A DNA stretch of 64,000 bases. Source: the human T2T-CHM13v2.0 reference genome, Homo sapiens. Shown here piece after piece: positions 1 to 13,229 of the stretch. The first letter of the stretch is position 1, and every line of letters begins with the position of its first letter. The position numbers were made by a program, and so were the translations under genes. The stretch lies in the NCBI RefSeq assembly GCF_009914755.1, contig NC_060936.1, one strand, 5' to 3'. The notes below the pieces were generated by a model. The model did no database searches and was not told where the DNA came from. It saw nothing but the letters and a program-made list of their open reading frames with translations.

Positions 1-19
1 AAATATAAGTAAATTTTGA

Positions 20-190
20 GCATGTCAAATCCCTGCTCAAAATCATTCAGTGTTTCCCCATTACCTTTCTAAAGGCAACTCAATCTCAACTCCTCACCAT
101 GACCTGCAAGGCCGTGAATGATCCAGCCCTGCCTATTTCCACAACAACTTCATTTGGGGCCACTTTCTTCCTCACTCACTTATTCATCTG
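20..190 (+). mobile_element. L2 LINE fragment
   Basis: ccctgctcaaaatcattcagtg...ctcctcaccatgacctgcaaggcc...gatccagccctgcc resembles the L2 3' region. Confidence 0.65.
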
Positions 191-643
191 TTGAGAAAAG
201 AGAGGCACTTTTAACTTATACATGTCTGAAGAATCAGAGCAGCTGTGAACATACCCCAGAACTCTGAAATTTCAAAAGTATAAAATGTTAATCCAAAAAG
301 AATTCTAAACTTCAAATAATCTTCTTTTTGCTTATTTTTTATGGCATATGTGCATTATTATTTCATCACTTTCAAAACTGACACAGTTTCCATAGTTAAC
401 TTCGAGTTATTTTTGTGAACTGACTATTGAACGAAAGCTCTCCATTTACTAACAACAGTGTAGTCTTCTGAATCTTTTAGCTCTTATTGAAAAAAACATT
501 CCTTTGTTATAGAGTGCAATGTGGTTTGTTTTGGAGGGAGTAAAGGAGGCAGGATGTCTGTCTTTGCTTGGTTTCCTGGCCAGTGCATCTCATTTGAAAA
601 TAGTTTGTTTCAAGTAGTTAAGTCTATTCCTGGGAAGCCTCTA

Positions 644-950
644 TTTTTATATATTTTTTTAATTTTTAGACAAGGTCTTGCTCTGTTACCCGGGCTGGAG
701 TGTGGTGGCACAATCATAGCTCATAGCAGTCTCAAACTCTTGGGCTCAAATGATCCTCCCATCTCAGCCTCCCAAGTAGCTTGGACTACAGGTGTGTACC
801 ACCATGCCTAATTGCTTTTTTTCAAAATTTTTTAGTAGAGATGAGGTCTTGCTGTGTTTTCTCAGGCTGGTCTCAAACTCCTGGGCTCAAGTGATCCTCT
901 AACCTCAGCCTCCTGAAATGCTAGATTACAGACATGAGCCACTGTGAGCC
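644..950 (-). mobile_element. AluJ
   Basis: T-rich tail, dimeric Alu body, J-type ctgggctcaagtgatcctc. Confidence 0.92.
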
Positions 951-1414
951 TTTTATTTGTTTAAGTTTTATTTTTTCCTTTCTTCCCTTCTCCCTTCCTT
1001 TCTTTCTTTTGTTTTTAGACAAGTAATTTGACATTAGGAGGTCTTGAAGGTGATGGTTTCCTCTGGCAGTAGTGCCTTTTCTGTCACTGAAGGTGTTCAG
1101 TTGGTCAGAATGCATGGCCAATGGAATCATTCTTTCATTAAAGAACAAACATTTGTTAAACGCCTCCCTTTGCCAAAGCATTGGGACACTCACTAGGAGT
1201 TCAAAGATAAAAAAGCACGCTTTTTAACAAGTGTACGTTTCAGTGTCAGACATACAGTTTTAATACAACTGCTCATTGTTCTAATGGGAAATAAGAGATT
1301 CAGCCATTAAACTACTGTGTGGTGTAGAAGACCTTTTAAAATAGACTGATTTCTGAGAGTCTGTGATTTCACTTATAAGGCTTATGAGGGATTCTTAGCA
1401 AGGAAAAATGAGAA

Positions 1415-1570
1415 TCGTTTCTGGTTATACTAATTATGAACTTTGTGAGCCTTGAGCAAGTCTCTAAACTTTCTGAAGCTCAGTTTGTTTTCTTATATTT
1501 TAAAAGAGAATATTTTGAAGAGAGATAAATGGAATAATACAAATAAAGTTCCAGCACCTATTAAGTGGGG
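1415..1570 (+). mobile_element. MIR fragment
   Basis: tgtgagccttgagcaagtctctaaactttctgaagctcagttt core. Confidence 0.65.
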
Positions 1571-2032
1571 GTAAGGTGGAGCAGTGTTTACTGAAAATGA
1601 AAATTAGATTAAAGGACAGACACTTCAGGGCCATTTTTTTTTCCTCCTCCATATGTGTGAGTGTGGATGGGGTAGGGAGAGGAGGGTGTTTTATAATAAA
1701 GAAGTAAACGGAAAGAAAAAATGTGAAGATATAGTTCACTGGGGGAAACACTGTAAATATAGACTAGTGACAGGCAATGAACTGCAGGACCTGAGCTGGT
1801 TCTGAGGCAGTGAGCCTCAGCTAGAACATCCCATATACATCGCAGGAGGATGATGACGTTTAATGTGTCAAAGTGTACGTAACTGATGACAGTTTTGTGA
1901 TCAGGCTTTGTTTGCAATCATAGAGAATCCAGAAAAGTTAATTTTAATACTCTTGATTTTGACAGATAAATTCTTTTTAAAATGTAAAATTATTATTTCT
2001 CATTAAAGAAAGAAGAATAGGACATTCCTAGC

Positions 2033-2336
2033 CTTTTTTTTTTTTTTTTTTTTTTGAGACGAGTTCTCACCTGTCACTCAGGCTGGAGGGCAGTGGTGCG
2101 ATCATGGCTCACTGCAGCCTCAACTTTCAGGCTCAAGCGATCCTCCCACCTCAGCCTCCTGCATTGCTCGGACTACAGGCACATGCTATCATGCCCATCT
2201 AAATGTTGTATTTTTTGTAGAGATGGGGTCTCGGTCTGTTGCCTGTGCTGGTCTTGAACTCCTGGGCTCAAGCAATCCTACTAACTTGGTCTCCCAAAGT
2301 GCTAGGATTACAAATGTGAGCCACTATGCCCAGCCC
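2033..2336 (-). mobile_element. AluJ
   Basis: Long poly(T) tail and full dimeric body with J diagnostics. Confidence 0.95.
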
Positions 2337-2399
2337 CTGATCTATTAACATTTTAGAAACTAGTTCTTTGTGAGGCTCTTTCATAATAAATTATCAGTA

Positions 2400-2570
2400 T
2401 GTTACAGCATTATACAAATTGCAAGTGCTTTCACATGGATAATCTCATTTTTATCACCCCCTTTTACACATGAGAAAATTGAAGCTCAGAAATGACTAGT
2501 CTGAGGTCACACAGGTAAGATATGCCAAAGTTGAAACTTGAACTCTGGTGTTTCTTATCATGCTGCACAT
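2400..2570 (-). mobile_element. MIR fragment
   Basis: ccccttttacacatgagaaaattgaagctcaga...aggtcacacag. Confidence 0.7.
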
Positions 2571-3020
2571 AAAATTATGGACTGTGCCTCAGGTTAGGAG
2601 AAATCAGAATTTTCAATGAAAATACAATTAAAATTGGATTAGTATGTCATTCTATCTTTGATCAGTCTTAACCTTAATTGGCTAATCATATAAAAGCTCT
2701 TACACTGTGATCTAATTCAGTCCTGCTGGACAAATGCTATTCTATTGTATTCAATATGATGTCACTGAAAACTTCATGGAATATATTGAGCTGGAAAGAT
2801 TAGACAAACAACTCCTCACTTACGGTGCACACACGCACACACACACACACATCCCCACACACTTACACATCCCTACTCATTTAAATATAGAACTGTATAC
2901 AATAATTAATATAATCAATTAATATTTACATATTACGTTATTAGTAAGTTACTTTTGAATACTCCAGTATAAATAATGTAAACAAATTAACTTTAATCAA
3001 TACTTTAGGGCCAGTTAGTT

Positions 3021-3165
3021 ACAGTAATGTAATAAAAAATGTTTAACAACCAGCTCTGGGGAGGAGTAGAGTCCTGATTTGTAGCATTTGCTGATTTCTG
3101 TCCATCAATACTCTCACCATGGCTGGTTTCAGGCTCCCAGTGTGAGGTCACCTAATGCAGGAATA
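3021..3165. mobile_element. MER63-like hAT DNA transposon fragment
   Basis: aaatgtttaacaaccagctct...ctgatttgtagcatttgctgatttc...actctcaccatggctggtttc. Confidence 0.6.
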
Positions 3166-4024
3166 CAGATGCTGCTATTTAAATCTGCACCAGAGGGTTC
3201 ATTGATGAGGGTAAGGGATGTTGAGCATAATTTTGGGGGATAAGTAAATGGTGTCCAATGTATGTCTGGCTGAAAAAAGATTACACAGGCATCTTTGTCC
3301 TTGAAGGAACAGTATTGAAGGACCCATCAAGCCCAGAAGCCTTACATCTTCAGAGTATCCCCTGGGTCTAGAACTTTGGTTCTACACCTCCCTATTTAAT
3401 CAAGGCTCTATTACCTGATCCAATTACAGGCTTTGCTGATTCTTCTGTTAGATTATTATTGTAAAGCTTGTTGGAGTGCCTAAAAGATAGATATCAGGGA
3501 CTGACTTCCTCAAGCCAGGGGAATAGTTTCTATGACTATTTTGAAGCTTGCTTGCTAATAGATATTTCTATGTAGCAGAATATTGTCTAAGATTTCCTTT
3601 ATTACACTTGCCACCTAATGGTGAGGTGAAGGAAGAAGTCATAGCTTCCATTTCTCTTTTATCGTATTACCAAATATTGAGGTGATAAATATTTACCAAA
3701 AAATCTGACAGTTGTATAGGGCCAACTTGGTTTATTATATCAATTTGCAATATCGGTAAGTACCTACTAAGTTTGGGGCACTATAACATGATAAAATCCT
3801 TGTCTACAGAGAGCTTTTAGGTGGATTTAAAAATGCAGTGTTACCATTTCTATTTATAAAGTGTGAAAACAAAGTGGATGCCAGATCACACACAAGCCAG
3901 CAGAGAATGTCTCCCAGTCTTGTTTACAGTACTGGGATTGTGGTCAAGGTGAATACACACAGTCCTTTACTCTCTTATCAGAGAGTGAAGGTTTAAAGAG
4001 AAACCAACAAAAGTGTCCAGGTAC

Positions 4025-4311
4025 TTTTTTTTTTTCTTCAGACAGGGTCTCAGCTAGGCTGGAGTATAGTGGCACGATCACAGCTGACTGCAGCCTTGAT
4101 CTCCTGGGCTCAAGCAATCCTCCCACCTCAGGCTCCTGAGTAGCTGGGACTACAGACGTGCCACCACACCTGGCTATTGTTTTAATTTTTTTGTAGAGAC
4201 CAGGTCTCACTATGCTGCCCAGTCTGGTCTTGTACTCCTGGGCTCAAGTGATCTTCCCACCTTGGCCTCCTAAAGTTCTTGGATTACAGACCTCAAACAC
4301 CATGTCCAGCC
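4025..4311 (-). mobile_element. AluJ with intact TSD tccaggtacttttt (4016-4029 / 4312-4325)
   Basis: Full Alu body; the direct repeat ends in TTTT/AA, the L1 endonuclease site. Confidence 0.95.
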
Positions 4312-4339
4312 TCCAGGTACTTTTTAACTGTAGTGATTA

Positions 4340-4850
4340 TGTGGCATTTTGATGTAATGGCTCTAAAATATTGCCCCTGAATTCTTGGAAACTTCTTCCT
4401 TGTAGAGGTTGGGTGTGGTCTATGTCCTTTTCCTTAAAGCTGGGTTTTTGACTACTTGACCAATAGTACATGGCAGAAGTGTTGCTGTGGCAGTTTCTTA
4501 AGATACAGGTCTGGAAACTGGCACTTGATCTGGTAAGGTCCGAACTATATACCAAGAAACTGGCTATTTCCACTTCCTATCTCTGGGATATTTGCTGTTA
4601 GAACCTAGTCTCTATTCTGTGAGGAAGCCTAGGCCACCTCATGGAGAGGAACCAATAGGCAGCATCAACTTACCATTCATGAAAGTAAGCCATCTTGGAG
4701 GTGGGTCATCCAACCCCAGTTAGGCCACATGGAGCAGAGATAAGCTGTCCTGCTGAGACCTGCCAAAATGGCAAATTCTTAAATAATTATTGCTGTTTAA
4801 GTCATGAAATTTTGGGGTAGCTTAATATACAGCAATAGAAACCTGGACAC
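4340..4850 (+). mobile_element. MLT1-family (ERVL-MaLR) solo LTR
   Basis: ttgaccaatagtacatggcagaagtg core and 3' end ttttggggtag...cagcaatagaaac. Confidence 0.8.
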
Positions 4851-5664
4851 CTAGTAATCTGTTTGTGAGAAGAGACTATCAGATGCTTCTCAGTACTATT
4901 TTTCCTGTTAGTTGGTGACTCATTCCTTTGTAGACAGTCTATAGATTTCTTTTGTGTTTACTCCCTCTTGGGGACTTCCCACTTGTGCCTGCCTCCTGTT
5001 TAGCAGGAATCTGTAGCAGACAAATCCCAAGCTGAAGCAGGGATTAGGGGTGAGCTTCTGTGAGCAGTGGAAGTTTGCACAACCTAACAAAGAGGTAATT
5101 TCTGCAGGGGTGCTTTTGGCAAGAGAGATGCCCATATGTTGGATTGCATAATTCTTTTTTCTTCCCAGTTGGGGGTCATCAGGTCATCTGACTGCTAATT
5201 CTTCAGGTATGGACTTTTCTTCCAGCTCTGTGAATCTGTTCTAAAGGGTAGAGTCTGAGATGAGAATCTAGAGACACAAATTGTTGCTGTGTCACCAACT
5301 GTGTGAGCTCAATCAAGCCAATTGACATTACTAGGAACATAATGGGATTAAGATACTTAGAAGCCCTACACATTGAACATGTTATGATATTATGACCCCA
5401 GATGTAATGTAAGCAAATACAACAAAATTCTGATTTTCACCAAGGTGACTACTTGATGCATTTTTTGAATTACCAAATGTTAAATTTGTTAATTTTTGTT
5501 ATTTTAGTGTTCCTAATTAGTCTACCTAGTGAATAACCATTGTCTAGGCCTCAATTGCTTCATCCATAAAATAGATAAGTAGATGGTTTGATCTGTTCGA
5601 TTTCTTTTGTATCTAAATTTTGATTCTGCAATCACTTTTATTCCCTTTCCTTTGTTTGGTATGT

Positions 5665-7035
5665 TTTTTTTTCTCTTTGCTATAGCTTTATTGAGGTATA
5701 ATTGACAAGCAATAAACTGAAAAATCTAAAGTGTACAATTTGAGAATTTTTGACATACTTTTACACCGATGAGCATTACCTAATCAAAACAGTAAACATC
5801 TCCATCATCTCCACAAATTTCTTTGTGTTCTTCCCTTTCCCTTTTCTTACCCCAGCTTCTAGGCAACTATTGAGCTGCTGTGTATCACTATAGATTAGTT
5901 TGCACTTTACAGAATTTTAGATAAATGGAATTCTAGAGTATGTATTCTTTTTTGTCTGACTTCTTTCACTCAGCATAATTGATTTGAGATACAGACATGT
6001 TGTTGCATGTACCAGTAGTTCATTTTTTTAAGTTGCTGAGCAGCATTCCATTGTATGGATATGCCACAATCTGTTTTTCCATTTACCTGCTGATGGACAT
6101 TTGGGTTGTTTCCAGTTTGGGGCTATTAGGGATAAAGCTGCTGTGAACATTCACATATAAATACTTACATAGACACATGATTTTATTTTTCTTGGGTAAA
6201 TAAATACCTATGAGTGGAATGGTTGGATCATATGGTAATTACATGTTTAATTTTTAAAGAAATGGCCACACTTTTCAAAAGTCGTGGAACAATTTTACTT
6301 TCCCACTGGTAGTCTGTGAGAGTTCTAGTTTCTCCATATTCTCACCAACATTTTGTATGGTCAGTTTTTAAAGTTTAGCCATTCTAATAAGCATGTAGTG
6401 GTATCTCATTGTGTCTTAAATGTACATTCTTGTGGTAACTAATAGTGTTAAAAATCTTTTCATCTGCTTATTGGCTGATATGGTTTGGCTCTGTATCCCC
6501 ACCCAAATCTCATCTTGAATTGTAATCTCTGTGTATTGGGGGAGGGGCCTGGCATGAGGTGACTGAATCATGGCAGTAGACTTCCCCCTTGCTGTTCTTG
6601 TGGTAGTGAGTTCTCGTGAGATTTGATGGTTTAAAAGTGTGTGGCAGTTCCTCCACACTCACTCTCTCCTGCTTCACCATGGGAAGAAGGTATGCCTTGC
6701 TTCCCCTTCAGCTTGTGCCATGATTTTAAGTTTCCTGAGGCCTCCCAGTCATGCTTCCTATTAAGCCCATGGAACTGTGAGTCAATTAAACTTATGTTCT
6801 TAATAAATTACCCAGTGTCCGGTAGTTCTTTATAGCAGTGTGAAAATGAACTAATACATTTGCCATCTGTATATCTTCTTTGGTGAAGTGTCTGTCACAA
6901 TATTTTTTCTAGTTCTTAAAAATTATTACTGATTTTTGAGAGTTTAAAAAATATATTGTGCATAAAAGTTGTTAGATACATAATTTGCAAATATTTTCTT
7001 GCAGTCTGACTTATATTTTAATTCTATTAATATTT
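5665..7035 (-). mobile_element. Old L1M (L1MB/MC-type) 3' end, split by an MST LTR
   Basis: Begins agctttattgaggtataattgac...; includes gatggacatttgggttgtttccagtttggggcta; resumes after the LTR with catctgtatatcttctttggtgaagtgtctg. Confidence 0.88.
6476..6858 (+). mobile_element. MSTA/MSTB solo LTR nested in L1
   Basis: TGATATGGTTTGGCT...CTAATACA termini; flanks ttggc / tttgc approximate a 5-bp TSD. Confidence 0.92.
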
Positions 7036-8269
7036 GGTATGTTCTTAAAGAGGAAAAAATCTTAACATGTGAAATATTTTACATACTCTTAAGTTCAAAG
7101 AGCAGCATAGGTGGATCTGGGAAGAAAAAGACATTAGCAAACCATTCAATGGTTTGGCATTGAATGCCTTTGTGTAAGATTTTCTTTAGTTAGCTTTTAT
7201 TAAGTGACTTTTGTGTATAAAGTATTGCAGTATAAGTAAACATTGTAGTAAGTAATGTTTTAGCTTGAATTCTGGGCTTTATGCATGTTTTTCAGAACAG
7301 CCACCAATTTAGACTCATGGTTTCTCTCAGTATTATGCCTGGTCTACAAAGAGTCTAAGCTAAAACACCCATGTGTGATATCTATATCTCCCACATCATC
7401 ATACACCAATCTATTTCTATTTCTATATATGTATGTATAACTTGCAAAAAATCCAACTTATATTCATATTCAACTTACATCTTTGGTCAAATATAACCAT
7501 CAGGCAAACTGTTGTGACCTCACAGGTATAATAAACTAAATGATAATATAAAATATGTATCACAAAGCTTGTGCACTTTACTTCACAGTAGAAACATGGA
7601 TCTGCCTTCAGGTACTTATGTAGACAATTATTTATAAAGCAAGATAGATTATAACCAGTGAGGCCACACTGACAGCATGTGGAAAAACAGTTCACAACAG
7701 TGGGAAGAGAGACAGAGAAAATACAGACCCCAAAACTAGAATGCAAAGAAGTCTGGATATATTTTGTATTTGTATAGAAAGCCTTTTAAGTATGAATTTC
7801 CCAGAGGACATGGAGTCATGAGATTTGTAATAATTTATCTCAGAAATGCTTGGAATAAATTATAAGTTCTTAAAGGGAATAAGGTTTTGAAGAATGTATA
7901 GTTAACTCCTTGATAATATAATTTATATTATGATATGATCAGAAGCTATAAAAAGTATAAAACTTGCCAAAGAAGGGAGTGAGACTGCTGAATGAAGTTA
8001 AAGTAGAGGGTTTATCTTGAAAATTCTTCTGCTTTAAATATTCTGAATATGAAATAGAAGGATATGGTTAATTGTCAGTGGGAGAGAAAGGAACAGGTAT
8101 TGAATGGACCTCTGTATTGTAAGAGTAAAAGAGAAATTCCCAACCAACCAATTATTAAACCTCCTAATATTAAGAATTTATATCTAGCATTTGAAAAATT
8201 TGATCTAGAAATTTAAGAACAGGTAGAATTTCCTTCATCATCCCTGTTATTTCCTCTCTTAGTGCTTAT

Positions 8270-8490
8270 AAGTACAAACTCCAGAACAGTCTAGTTTGAG
8301 TTTGAGTTTCAACATCATCAGTGGGTTGGCTTCCACAAACCCAAGTTTTCTAACCTACAGAATGGAACTAAAATCCCCACCTGAAGAGGTGGTGGTGAGG
8401 ATTATAGGAGATGCAGGTAAAGGGCTTAGTATAGTACCTGGCCCAGGGTTTTAAACACTTAGTAAATATAAAATATTACAATTATTGTTT
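8270..8490 (+). mobile_element. MIR
   Basis: gtggtgaggattataggagatgcaggtaaagggcttagtatagtacctggc 3' half. Confidence 0.7.
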
Positions 8491-9689
8491 ATTCTAGGGA
8501 GAAATTTGAAGGACAAGCAGCACTGAAAAATTCAAGCAAAAACATTAGCAGTCAATATCCCATAATTTGAAATTAAGGATTAAAATTAGGTATTATTTTC
8601 ATCTGTTTTTGTTTCTCTTATTTTAATAAAAAAGCTGTGGAAGCCCCCAGAAATAACTGCCAGCTTTTGGAGGGTGTCTCTGGATGTTTTGTGTGTTCCA
8701 TCTGGGCTGCAGCCATTATTCTACCTACTTGACAGACGATGAGGTCATGGAGGCCAAGTGTTCTTCACGACGACACCCAGGTCAAAGGCAGAGTTAAAGT
8801 ACATCCCAGGTCACATAACTCATTCTCTGTTCAAGAATCTTTCCTAATCCCTGGTGCCATTTGGGAACTGTTTCAAAGGCATTCCAACCTCAGAATCATG
8901 CCAGTGCACTGGTTATCAATTATTTTGTTGATCCTTTAGCAAATCCTCAAACTGATTTTTCTGCCCTCCTGAGACACAAATCACAAAGCTGACCTTAAGT
9001 GCTTTGGCATCCCCCTCCAGTCCCGAGGCACACAAAAAAGCAGTGCAGGGTTGGTGATTTATTGTTTTCCCACGCAGGTCACGCTCAAGCCCAGACAGAT
9101 AGAGAAGATTTGTCTTTAACGAGAGAAATGCACCATTACTTGGTCATAAATTCAACTTAATGGTAATTTTAGTAGGGCAGCTTGCCCAGGGTTTGTAGAA
9201 ACACAAATCAAAAATCCCAAATTCCATGCATATCCTCCTAGAAACTCTTTTGGCAACTCCCTTCCATTTGCTTTTTAAGGAAATCAATTTCCTTAGTTAT
9301 GGTCCCTAGTTGCTTAGGGTGGTTTTGCACAGAGTCTAGAATCACTGTGGCAGCAGAGAGGGGAGTGGGTGGCATGCTGCTTGAACTATTTTTGCCAAGC
9401 ATTCGGCCTTGACTTCAGTTGTCAAGGAGGCACAAGTGAGCTGACACACAGATTCGGTAGACAGTCCCAAAAAAGTAGTATGTGGTGAAAATGTTCAGAT
9501 GACTCTGTCTAAGGAAAAATTTTTTTCAAATCCTCCTGTCCTTGACTGATTCCAAACTGACAAATTCTGGTCATTATGAATCTCAGGTCACATAACAAGC
9601 TCTGAATCCTTACAGAGTTGGTTTAGTCCAAGCTGGCATAGAAATATCTATGGAGTATATTCAGGCACAAGGCTACCAGACACCCCTCC

Positions 9690-9938
9690 AGACTCTTAGA
9701 AGTAGACTCAAACATACCATCTTGTATGCATGCCATATCCTGTGCTCCCTATGATCATAGCAACTAGAAGACCTTATTGTCCTTAATTACTTATGCGTGT
9801 TCCCTTATAGCACACTGTGTGCTCCCAGGTGTATGGCAATGCCATACCTGAATTTGTTTCTCCAGTTTTTAACCCAGTGCCTGACATGTGACAGATGCAC
9901 AGTTAGCATTGGTTGAATGAACAGAAGTATGAATGAAT
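9690..9938 (+). mobile_element. L2 3' end
   Basis: cccagtgcctgacatgtgacagatgcacag...ttgaatgaa...gaatgaa terminus. Confidence 0.7.
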
Positions 9939-10514
9939 AACGTTCATGCCTTTCCAGTAAGGTCTGACTTTTAAGTTGGGGAACCTGGGAAATGGCCATT
10001 CCTTCTTCTTCTTTTTTTTTTTCAGGATGATATACATGGCCAGGTGAAGACAGTAGAGAGAAAACAGAACTGAAAGTAAGTGTCTCCCATAAGTAGGGTA
10101 ATTTGTACTTTATTTACTTACACCAAAATTTACAGAATGCCAATACAGTCAAAATATAGTGTCAGGTACTGAAGAATATTTAACTAGGAATCAAAGAACT
10201 CAAGATCTCTTACTCTTTAGATCTAAGATCCAATGTATAATGCTACCCTAAATTACTTTATTCTTAATAGCATCACTCTATCCAGAGAAAATACACGACA
10301 TTCTAGCTTCTCTGATTTGGTTTTGCAGATGGGTCTACCTATAACCTTCCCCTCAGGGGTAGAGAGGAGTTTAGCTGGCAGTTTATTTCTGTTTCTACTC
10401 ACACGCCTAGCATATGAGAAGGCTGGGATTAGAGCCAAAGGAGAAGCCTGGAACACCCAGGTGATGGCATGTTTGGATCCTTATAATTCTCTATGAAAGA
10501 GTGAAGAGACTCAA

Positions 10515-10700
10515 AGGCTATGGCTCTCCAGCTTGAGTGGGCATCAGAATCACCTGGAAGGCTTCCTAAGACACATTATTTCTGGGCCCCCACCCCCAGA
10601 GTTCCTGAGTCAGTAGGTTTAAGTTCAGATTCCAGAAGTTGCATTCCTAGGAAGTCCCCAAGCAATGCAAATGCTACTGGTTTAGGACCAGCTGAACTAA
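10515..10700. mobile_element. MER5A (hAT-Charlie)
   Basis: gcatcagaatcacctggaaggctt...ctgggcccccacccccagagttcctgagtcagtaggt. Confidence 0.85.
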
Positions 10701-11940
10701 GGTAAGCCCTGACACTTTCCACCAAATCAAATTCTCTCATTCCCTCATATAATGCCACAAGATGATTCCATTTGTATGGTTTTGTCCAGGTAGCCTTGGA
10801 CTCAAATAAAAGAATCAGTTGGAATTACTTATTTCATAGCTGTTTTCCACTGATCTGGGGCAAATTTTTTGTGCCAGATACCTTCCTTTGTGGTTTAACC
10901 TGTATTTATGGGCTGCCTCTCTTGTCATTAGTTGGAAATAAAAACAATGATAGTATCAATGAAAGCAACCTGCAAAAGTATTGTTAACATAGAGATGCAT
11001 ACACATAAACTGTTTATTCATGCCATTGGGCTTGTGTGGATAACTGTGTAAAATAATGAATTTAACATTAGCCTTTGGATTTTTTCTCCTTTCCTTCATC
11101 TGCTCTGACTAGGAGAATAATTGTAGCTTCAGTCTAAATGGAGAAATATTAGCCAGGTCTTTCTGTCTTCTAGATAGGTCCTGTAGTCCAGCCAAGCTAT
11201 CTGGATTTCTGATTAGACAGAAATCCATTTTTATAAAGAGAAAAAAATGTATTTTCTCAAGAATTATTTTTAGTTATTTTCTCTCTTGTGATGAAAGGCT
11301 TATCTAAATAGCCCAAGCTTCATTCAAGATTCTTCCCCACTCTTTGTTGTCACCCAGCCTTCCCTGACCTCACTCACCCTCAGACAGCCAGGGATTTAAA
11401 AATACGTTGGAAGATTTTAATGGTCTCTGCAGAGTAGAATTACATTCTTCTGTGTAACATTTGGACACCAAGCAGAGAGATAGCACAGTCTGTCTAGCTC
11501 TTTTGTAATTATTTCATGGTATTGTTTTAATTGTGGCATGGCTTAATCACTGGCTGTGCACAGATTATGCCACATACTTAAAATAATTACAGGGATTTGG
11601 TAAGATAATGCTGTGAATTCATTTAATGCTTCTTTTCCAATAGACTCCACACTCTTAAAAGGAGAGAGAAGCAAAGAAGGACAGTCAATCAATGCCAGCA
11701 TTGGTCATTTTCTGCACCTTGTGAGGACTGACCAGGATGATATATGCACATTTTTTTATTTCAGTCATCTTCCACCTGCCCAAGGAGGCATTTTATCTAG
11801 TACTCAAAGATCCTGAAACTAGTGTGACACCCTGTTAAGATCCCTTTACCAGCTAACACTTAATATAGGTTCACAACTAGTAACCTAGCCAGGCCTGTGT
11901 GAACACATTAGTTTTAAATCCAATGGTTTGTCTATGTAAC

Positions 11941-12494
11941 TGTATTAGGGTTCTCTAAAGGGACAGAACTAATAGGATAGGTTAATATATGAAAGTTTAT
12001 TAAGAGTTTATTAAGGAGTATTGACTCACATGATCATAAGGTGAAGTCCCACAATAGGCTGTCTGCAAGCTGAGGAGCCAGGAAGCAATTCCAAGTCCCA
12101 AAACTTTAAAAGTAGGGAAGCTGATAGTGCAGCCTTCAGCCTGTGGCCAAAGGCCTCAGAGCCCCTGGCAAATCAGTGATGTAAGTCCAAGAGTCCAAAA
12201 GCTGAAGAACTTGGGAGTCCGATGTTTGAGGGCAGGAAGCATCCAGCACAGGGGAAAGATGGAGGCCAGAAGATTCTGCCAGTTTAGTCCTTCCACATTC
12301 CTCTGCCTGCTTTTATCCTAGCCATGTTGGCAGCCGATTAGATGGTGCCCACCCAGATTGAGAGTGGGTCTGCCTTTCTTAGTCCACTAACTCAAATGTT
12401 AATCTCTTTTGGCAGCACCCTCACAGACACACCCAGAAACAATACTTCACATTTTTCAATCCAATCAAGTTGACACTCAACATTAACTATCACA
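11941..12494 (-). mobile_element. MLT2A/B (ERVL) solo LTR with perfect TSD GTAAC
   Basis: tgtattagggttctctaaagggacagaactaatagg...attaactatcaca; gtaac at 11936-11940 and 12495-12499. Confidence 0.93.
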
Positions 12495-12576
12495 GTAACT
12501 GATGACTGCTATCTCCATTAGCAGTTCTTTAGCTTCAGAAGAGTGTAATCTGGTTATAAATCTTTGTTAGAATTAC

Positions 12577-13092
12577 TTCGTTGGTTAATTTTATGTGTCA
12601 ACTTGACTGGCCTAAGCAACGCCCAGATAGCTGGTAGAACATTTGTCCTGGGTGTGCCTGTGAGAGTATTTCTGGAAGACACTACCATTTGAATCATCAG
12701 ACTGAGAAAAGAAGATACACTCTTGCCAATGTGGGTGAGCATCGTCCAATCCATTGAGAGCCAAATAGAAAAAAAAAGGTGGGGCAAGGTGAATTTAATC
12801 TCTTTTCTTGAGCTGGGACGTCCAACTCCTCCTGCCCTTGGGTCTTAGAGTTCTTATTTCTTGGGCTTTTGGACTTCAAGACTTAAAACAATGCCCCCAC
12901 TCACCACAAGGTTCTCAGTTTTATGGCCTTGGACTTGGAGTTATACCATCATTTCCTCTGATCTCAGGCCTTCATGCTTGGATTGACTTCTGCCACTGGA
13001 TTTCCTGGGTCTCCCACTTGTAGATGGCATATCATGGGACTTCTTAGCCTCTGTAATTTCATGAGCCAATGCCTGCAATAAATATCCTCTTA

Positions 13093-13136
<44 letters not shown>

Positions 13137-13189
13137 CATCCATCCATCTTCTGTTGGTGCTATTTCTCTGGAGAACTCTGGCTAATACA
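12577..13189 (+). mobile_element. MLT2C/D-type (ERVL) solo LTR
   Basis: ggttaattttatgtgtcaacttgactgg...ctggagaactctggctaataca. Confidence 0.88.
13093..13148. repeat. Compound tetranucleotide STR (TATC)11(CATC)3
   Basis: Read directly. Confidence 0.97.
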
Positions 13190-13229
13190 ACTATCATGCA
13201 ATTTGTATGGTTTATTGAATACTGATTTA

